DNA of 64,000 nt from assembly GCA_032128115.1 (NCBI GenBank), contig JAQBHB010000040.1, forward strand, positions 32,001 through 96,000. Reading direction: 5' to 3'. This DNA is from Deltaproteobacteria bacterium (GTDB taxonomy: Bacteria > Myxococcota_A > UBA9160 > SMWR01). The notes beneath the pieces were generated by a model, which saw nothing but the letters and a program-made list of their open reading frames with translations, was not told the DNA's origin and did not search any database. How positions within the stretch are numbered: position 1 is the first letter of the stretch; each line of letters begins with the position of its first letter. Position numbers and translations under genes: made by a program. Positions 59,531 to 64,000 of this stretch are shown piece by piece.

Positions 59531-61429
59531 CAGCGGCGGCATGGGGCAGCCGAGGGCGTCGGCGGTGGCGCGCAGGAGTTCGGCCTCGGCGATCGCGACG
59601 TTGCCGTCGGCGGCGATGTAATCCGCGCAGGCCTCCAGCACTTTTTGCTTGAGGCCTGGCGCCGCCTGGGCGAGCTCGTTCAGGGCCTCGTCCAGCGGAG
59701 CGAGTCCGCATCGGTCACGCGGCAGCTTTTCCAGATCGGGAAGGCCCAGGGTCTGGGCCGCGCGCCGGTACGCCCCGTCGGGGTCTTCCCCCGCGCGTGC
59801 CAGTGCCAGGGTGGACAGCAGCACGCCGCAGTGGGGCGCCAGACGTCGCATGGAGAAGTATTTGATGCCCGGGTCGTGAACAGGCTCGAAGTGGGGCGCC
59901 AGGTGTGCGAGCAGCAGCCGTTGCAGCGTCCATTCGAAGAGGTCGATCCGGGCATCGGCGCGCACGAGTGCTTCGATATTCCTGCGGAAGCTCTGGTACT
60001 GACCCGCAGAGAGGTCGCGGAGAGCCGGCAGCGCCATGTCCACCAGCGGTAGCCGTGTGCGCGGATCGAGCTGCTCGACTTCGGGCAGGAGTTTCAGGGT
60101 GAGTGCTTCGACACCCCGATCCGCGTGGGCGGACAGGTGTTCGACCTGCGCTCTTCGCGACGCAGGGTCGCGGTCGATCAGCAGCGCATAGACCAGCGCC
60201 CGGGCGCCGTAGCTCTCGTGAACGGCTTCGCTGATCCCGGCGGGGAGCGAGCGAATCAGATCGGCCGCGTAGGCCAGATGCTCGAGGGTAGGGCGCCCGA
60301 TGCTCTCGACCGCGTTGTCGATGGACACCCGGGGGCCCTCCCCCCCGGCAAACTGCGATGCCGCGCCACCCGCTGCCGGCTCCGACACCGCATGCGCCAG
60401 CGTTCGAAACTCCCCATCGAACGACGGATCGAGCCGGCGGATCCGCTCCGCGAGCGGGGGATGCGTGGCGAAGATCGAGTTCAAGCCGCCGCGCAGCGCC
60501 TGGCCGAAAAAGAGATGACTTGCCTCTGGCGCATAGGGGCTCGCCAGCGTCGAACCGCTGGCGAAGCCGCCAATGCGTTTGAGTGCACCCGCGATTCCGT
60601 CGGGGTCGCGGGTGAACTGCACGGCCGAGGCATCCGCCAGGAATTCCCGCTGCCGGCTCACCGAGGCCTTGATCCACTTGCCGAAGAACGTGCCCAGCGA
60701 GCCGATCGCGATCAGACCGACGCCCAGGGCGAGCAGCATGATCCCGCTGTTGTCGCGATTCGAGCGCCGGCCTACGGACCGGTACATCGTCGAGCGCAGC
60801 ACGATGTAGCCGAGCATGCCGATCAGCAGGATGCCGTGGAGAACGCCCATGAGCCGGATGTTGAGGCGCATGTCGCCGTTGAGGATGTGGCTGAACTCGT
60901 GGGCTATCACGCCCTGGAGCTCATCGCGCTGCAGCTGCTGCAGCGTGCCGCGCGTCACGCCGATGACCGCATCGGCGGGTGAGAACCCCGCGGCGAAGGC
61001 ATTGATGCCTTCCTCGTCCTCGAGCAGGTAGACCGGTGGCGTAGGCGTTCCAGACGCGAGAGCGATTTCTTCGACCACGTTCAGCAGAACGCGTTCGCGG
61101 AGATCGAGGCCATCCGGGTGGAGCAGGCGTCCACCGAGATGTTCGGCCACGATTCGGCCTCCGCCGCGGAGCTGCGAGATCTTGTAGAGGCTGCCGCCGC
61201 CCACGAGCAGCAACACACCGATCGCGACCACGGCCATGAGATCCGGGTCCCACCAGTGGGGATCCAGGAGGACCGAGCCCGTCGGGTCCTGGCCCCCGTA
61301 CCCGACCAGGACCACCGCAAGTGCGTAGAGCGTGGCCGCGATGGCGACTACGGCCAGACCGAACAGGATCATGAGCCGTCCGGTGTTGCGTCGGGCGGCG
61401 TCCTGGTGCTCGAAGAAGTTGGTGGCCAA
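59519..61429 (-). CDS. M48 family metallopeptidase (HtpX-like) with a C-terminal extension
   Basis: NAFAAG, AHEFSH, SRQREFLADA, THPPL.ERI. Confidence 0.92.
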   Translation of the reverse strand: MATNFFEHQDAARRNTGRLMILFGLAVVAIAATLYALAVVLVGYGGQDPTGSVLLDPHWWDPDLMAVVAIGVLLLVGGGSLYKISQLRGGGRIVAEHLGGRLLHPDGLDLRERVLLNVVEEIALASGTPTPPVYLLEDEEGINAFAAGFSPADAVIGVTRGTLQQLQRDELQGVIAHEFSHILNGDMRLNIRLMGVLHGILLIGMLGYIVLRSTMYRSVGRRSNRDNSGIMLLALGVGLIAIGSLGTFFGKWIKASVSRQREFLADASAVQFTRDPDGIAGALKRIGGFASGSTLASPYAPEASHLFFGQALRGGLNSIFATHPPLAERIRRLDPSFDGEFRTLAHAVSEPAAGGAASQFAGGEGPRVSIDNAVESIGRPTLEHLAYAADLIRSLPAGISEAVHESYGARALVYALLIDRDPASRRAQVEHLSAHADRGVEALTLKLLPEVEQLDPRTRLPLVDMALPALRDLSAGQYQSFRRNIEALVRADARIDLFEWTLQRLLLAHLAPHFEPVHDPGIKYFSMRRLAPHCGVLLSTLALARAGEDPDGAYRRAAQTLGLPDLEKLPRDRCGLAPLDEALNELAQAAPGLKQKVLEACADYIAADGNVAIAEAELLRATADALGCPMPPLLPR

Positions 61430-61435
61430 GGCGAT

Positions 61436-62026
61436 CTAGAACGAGACCTTCGGGGCTTCGGCGATGGCCTCGCTATCGAACTCGAGCAGCGTTGCGTCCG
61501 CGGCGTGCCCGAACATCCCGGCGAGCATCACCGCCGGGAAGCTCTGCTTGTAGGTGTTGTAGACCATGACGGCGTCGTTGAAGGCCTGTCGCGCGAACGA
61601 GACCTTGTTCTCGGTCGTCGTGAGTTCTTCCGAGAGCTGCATCATGTTCGCGTTGGCCTTGAGATCCGGGTACGACTCCACGAGCGCAAGCAGCCGCCCC
61701 ACCGCACCGGTCAGTGCGCCCTCGGCGCCACCCAGGGCCTGTATCGCCTCGGGATTGCTCGGGTCGCTGGCCGCGTTTGCGAGGCCCTGCTGCGCCTGGT
61801 TGCGCGCCCGGATCACCGCGTCCAGCGTCTCGCGCTCGTGCTTCATGTAGCCCTTGGCGGTCTCCACCAGGTTGGGGATCAGGTCGTGACGTCGCTTGAG
61901 CTGGACCTCGATCTGGGAGAACGCGTTCTTGTAGCGGTTTCGAAGGGCGACGAGCCGGTTGAAGATCCCGATGAGGAAAACGCCAAGCAGGATCACGATC
62001 CCGACGAAGACGAGCAGGCCGATCAT
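61436..62026 (-). CDS. lemA: LemA family protein
   Basis: QLKRRHDLIPNLVET.KGY, ESYPDLKAN, ENKVSFARQAFND. Confidence 0.93.
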   Translation of the reverse strand: MIGLLVFVGIVILLGVFLIGIFNRLVALRNRYKNAFSQIEVQLKRRHDLIPNLVETAKGYMKHERETLDAVIRARNQAQQGLANAASDPSNPEAIQALGGAEGALTGAVGRLLALVESYPDLKANANMMQLSEELTTTENKVSFARQAFNDAVMVYNTYKQSFPAVMLAGMFGHAADATLLEFDSEAIAEAPKVSF

Positions 62027-62210
62027 TGCGAACCCCCCTGAGAATGCCTGCAAGACTACTGGAGTTGCCTGCCCCCGACCCGGATTTCCGGCTGCGGGGC
62101 GCGATTTTGGCGGCATCTCGCGTCGACGCACCCCCCGCCAGGCGCTATCAAACCGTGGATTCCGGGCCCTGGGGCCCGAATCCGCAGAAACCGCATTCAG
62201 GGGGACTTCC

Positions 62211-63035
62211 ATGAATCCGCTCGTGAGATGCGACCCGTCGGCCCCCCGAACCGTCCTGGCCATGGGGCTGTCCCTGCTGGCCTTGGGTGGCTGTGCCTCG
62301 TATGGCGGGGGCAATTTCAACTACGCGGCCAATCCGGATCTGCAGACGGTGATGCTGTATTCCGGGACACCGAGCCCGGTGGGTGTCCGGGTGGGCGAGG
62401 TGGAGACCACGGCGCGGGGAGGCAGCGGCTGCAGCGACCTGGGCAACACGGCGATCCGGGAGCTGCTGGCCGACGCCAAGCAACTCGGCGGCATCGGCGT
62501 GAAGGACGTCCAGTTCCGGGGGCGCTCGCGTTGGGTGGGCCAGATCGTCTGCAAGGATGGAACCTTCGGCCGCTCCGTGGACGTGCGCGGCGTGGCCTAC
62601 CACCTGGGAGACCTGGTGCCGATGCCCCAGCCGGTTTCGATGCCGGTGCCCAAGGAGATGCGCTCCCAGTTCACCGAGGTGGCGATCCTGTCGGTCGCGG
62701 CCCAGGAGCCCATCCCGGATTGGGTGACGACCTACATCCAGCCGGTCTCCCATCCGCTCGAAGCGCTGAAGGTGACGTGGATGGAGACGCACAAAAGCAG
62801 GGGCTGGTACCCGGTTTCGCGGGCCTCCGGCCGCATCGAGGTGGGCTACCAGCAGGACCAGTTCGAGTTGCGCGTGGGAGTGGATTACACCAAGACGGAG
62901 ATCACCGGTCGCATTCTCACGTCGAGGAACCTGGGTCAGACGACGACCGTGATCAGCGCCGAAGGCAGGAAGTGGTTCCGCGAATTCATGGCCAGGACCG
63001 AGTCGGCCCTGACGGATCTGGCGGCCCGTCGCTAG
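62211..63035 (+). CDS. Putative two-domain lipoprotein
   Basis: LLALGGC lipobox; ELLADAKQLGG.GV..V..VRGVAY resembles a YbjQ-like fold. Confidence 0.6.
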   Translation: MNPLVRCDPSAPRTVLAMGLSLLALGGCASYGGGNFNYAANPDLQTVMLYSGTPSPVGVRVGEVETTARGGSGCSDLGNTAIRELLADAKQLGGIGVKDVQFRGRSRWVGQIVCKDGTFGRSVDVRGVAYHLGDLVPMPQPVSMPVPKEMRSQFTEVAILSVAAQEPIPDWVTTYIQPVSHPLEALKVTWMETHKSRGWYPVSRASGRIEVGYQQDQFELRVGVDYTKTEITGRILTSRNLGQTTTVISAEGRKWFREFMARTESALTDLAARR

Positions 63036-63057
63036 CGGACTTCGGCACCGGCACGAA

Positions 63058-64000
63058 TTACCACGTGCTCCACACGTGGTCGAGGGCGGCGCGCAGGTAT
63101 CGGAGCATGAGACGCGGGGGCATGGCGATGGCCTCGTCGCTCATGTCGACCACCGGGACGGCGCCGATGCGAACGAGTTCGGGAGCGGTCCAGGCAGCCT
63201 CGGCGTTTTCGCCGAAGGCGCGGGCGCGCACCATGAAGTCGTCGCCGTCCGCGAGTCCGGTGATGCGGTGGCGTCGCGTGGGCGAAAGCGTCGCGCGCTG
63301 CCACGCGGAAGTGCCCAGGCGCTTCCACTCCACGTGGTAGCCGTCGATGCGGAGGTCGTCGGGCTCGTCCCACACCACGTCGGCGGCGCCGCCGCTGGGA
63401 CTCACCAGGAAGGCGCGGAGTCCGGGCAGGGGGCCGCTGCGCTGGCGCGCGAGCCGGGTGCGGGCGGCCTCGACGGCGATCTCGATGTCGCGGGGAAGCC
63501 GCACCCCGGCGCCCGCCGCCTCGGGCGCCTTGCGGTACACCACGGCCGGCGACGCGAAGAAGGCGCGTGCGTCCTCGCGCAGCCACTCGGGGGGTGCGTC
63601 GCCCGCGTAGGGCGCCAGCAGCAGCGAGAAGCGCTCGTGCTCGCCGTTGTAGCTGGGGCCGTTGGGGCGCAGGGACGACGAGAAGAGTTCGGTGATGTCG
63701 GCGCCGATGCCGTCTCCGTCCAGATGGCTGTAGTCGAGCTGGCGCCCGTAATAGGAACCGAAGGGGTTGAGCCAGAGCATCTGCCGGCCCTCGAACTCGC
63801 GCAGGCGCATGGGTGCGAACGCGAACGAGGCCCGCACGTCGGCGTCGGCTGCCACCAACAGCCCGTTCTGGCGATCGCTCACCGCCACCCAGCCGGCCGT
63901 GATCTGGTGGTTGAAGGCATCGATCTCGGCGTTGTTCGGATTGATCTGTGCGTAGTCCAGGTCGTAGAAGGAGGTGACGTCCAGGTAGTTGTGCTTCCAG
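63058..64000 (-). CDS. Fibronectin type III domain protein, 5'-truncated at the window edge
   Basis: Frame open to the edge; V.WDEP..IDGYHVEWK..ITGLADG..VRARA. Confidence 0.7.
   Translation of the reverse strand, partial: WKHNYLDVTSFYDLDYAQINPNNAEIDAFNHQITAGWVAVSDRQNGLLVAADADVRASFAFAPMRLREFEGRQMLWLNPFGSYYGRQLDYSHLDGDGIGADITELFSSSLRPNGPSYNGEHERFSLLLAPYAGDAPPEWLREDARAFFASPAVVYRKAPEAAGAGVRLPRDIEIAVEAARTRLARQRSGPLPGLRAFLVSPSGGAADVVWDEPDDLRIDGYHVEWKRLGTSAWQRATLSPTRRHRITGLADGDDFMVRARAFGENAEAAWTAPELVRIGAVPVVDMSDEAIAMPPRLMLRYLRAALDHVWSTW

Overview
This is a very GC-rich bacterial chromosomal window. Gene content suggests a Myxococcota-like deltaproteobacterial lineage (inference). From left to right it holds: (1) a cell-surface modification cluster (three sulfatase-like proteins, a YfhO-like GT-C, a GT2) with a probable CC-adding tRNA nucleotidyltransferase; (2) a TetR-led catabolic/redox cluster (FAH hydrolase, VOC dioxygenase, NADP oxidoreductase, three GST-fold proteins, two F420-family enzymes, amidase); (3) a sigma54 activator and a PQQ dehydrogenase; (4) a TonB-like/ExbB/ExbD set with a ~1090-aa DxDxDG-repeat protein and a GldAFG-like ABC system; (5) aroA, serA, purA; (6) tRNA-Lys(UUU) followed by a ~15.7-kb accessory region; (7) LemA/M48 genes. 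The accessory region is the most unusual part and encodes no recognisable integrase. It contains a 178-bp direct repeat starting in the tRNA anticodon loop and two paralogous giant secreted beta-propeller proteins with swapped C-termini and a shared hairpin-rich upstream region. It also has four copies of a 20-bp palindrome AACTGGAT-N4-ATCCAGTT. Two of these bracket an HNH nuclease gene as 23-bp inverted repeats with a candidate 11-bp target duplication. This is a candidate HNH/palindrome-based mobile or cassette system. All calls were made by eye; no searches were run.
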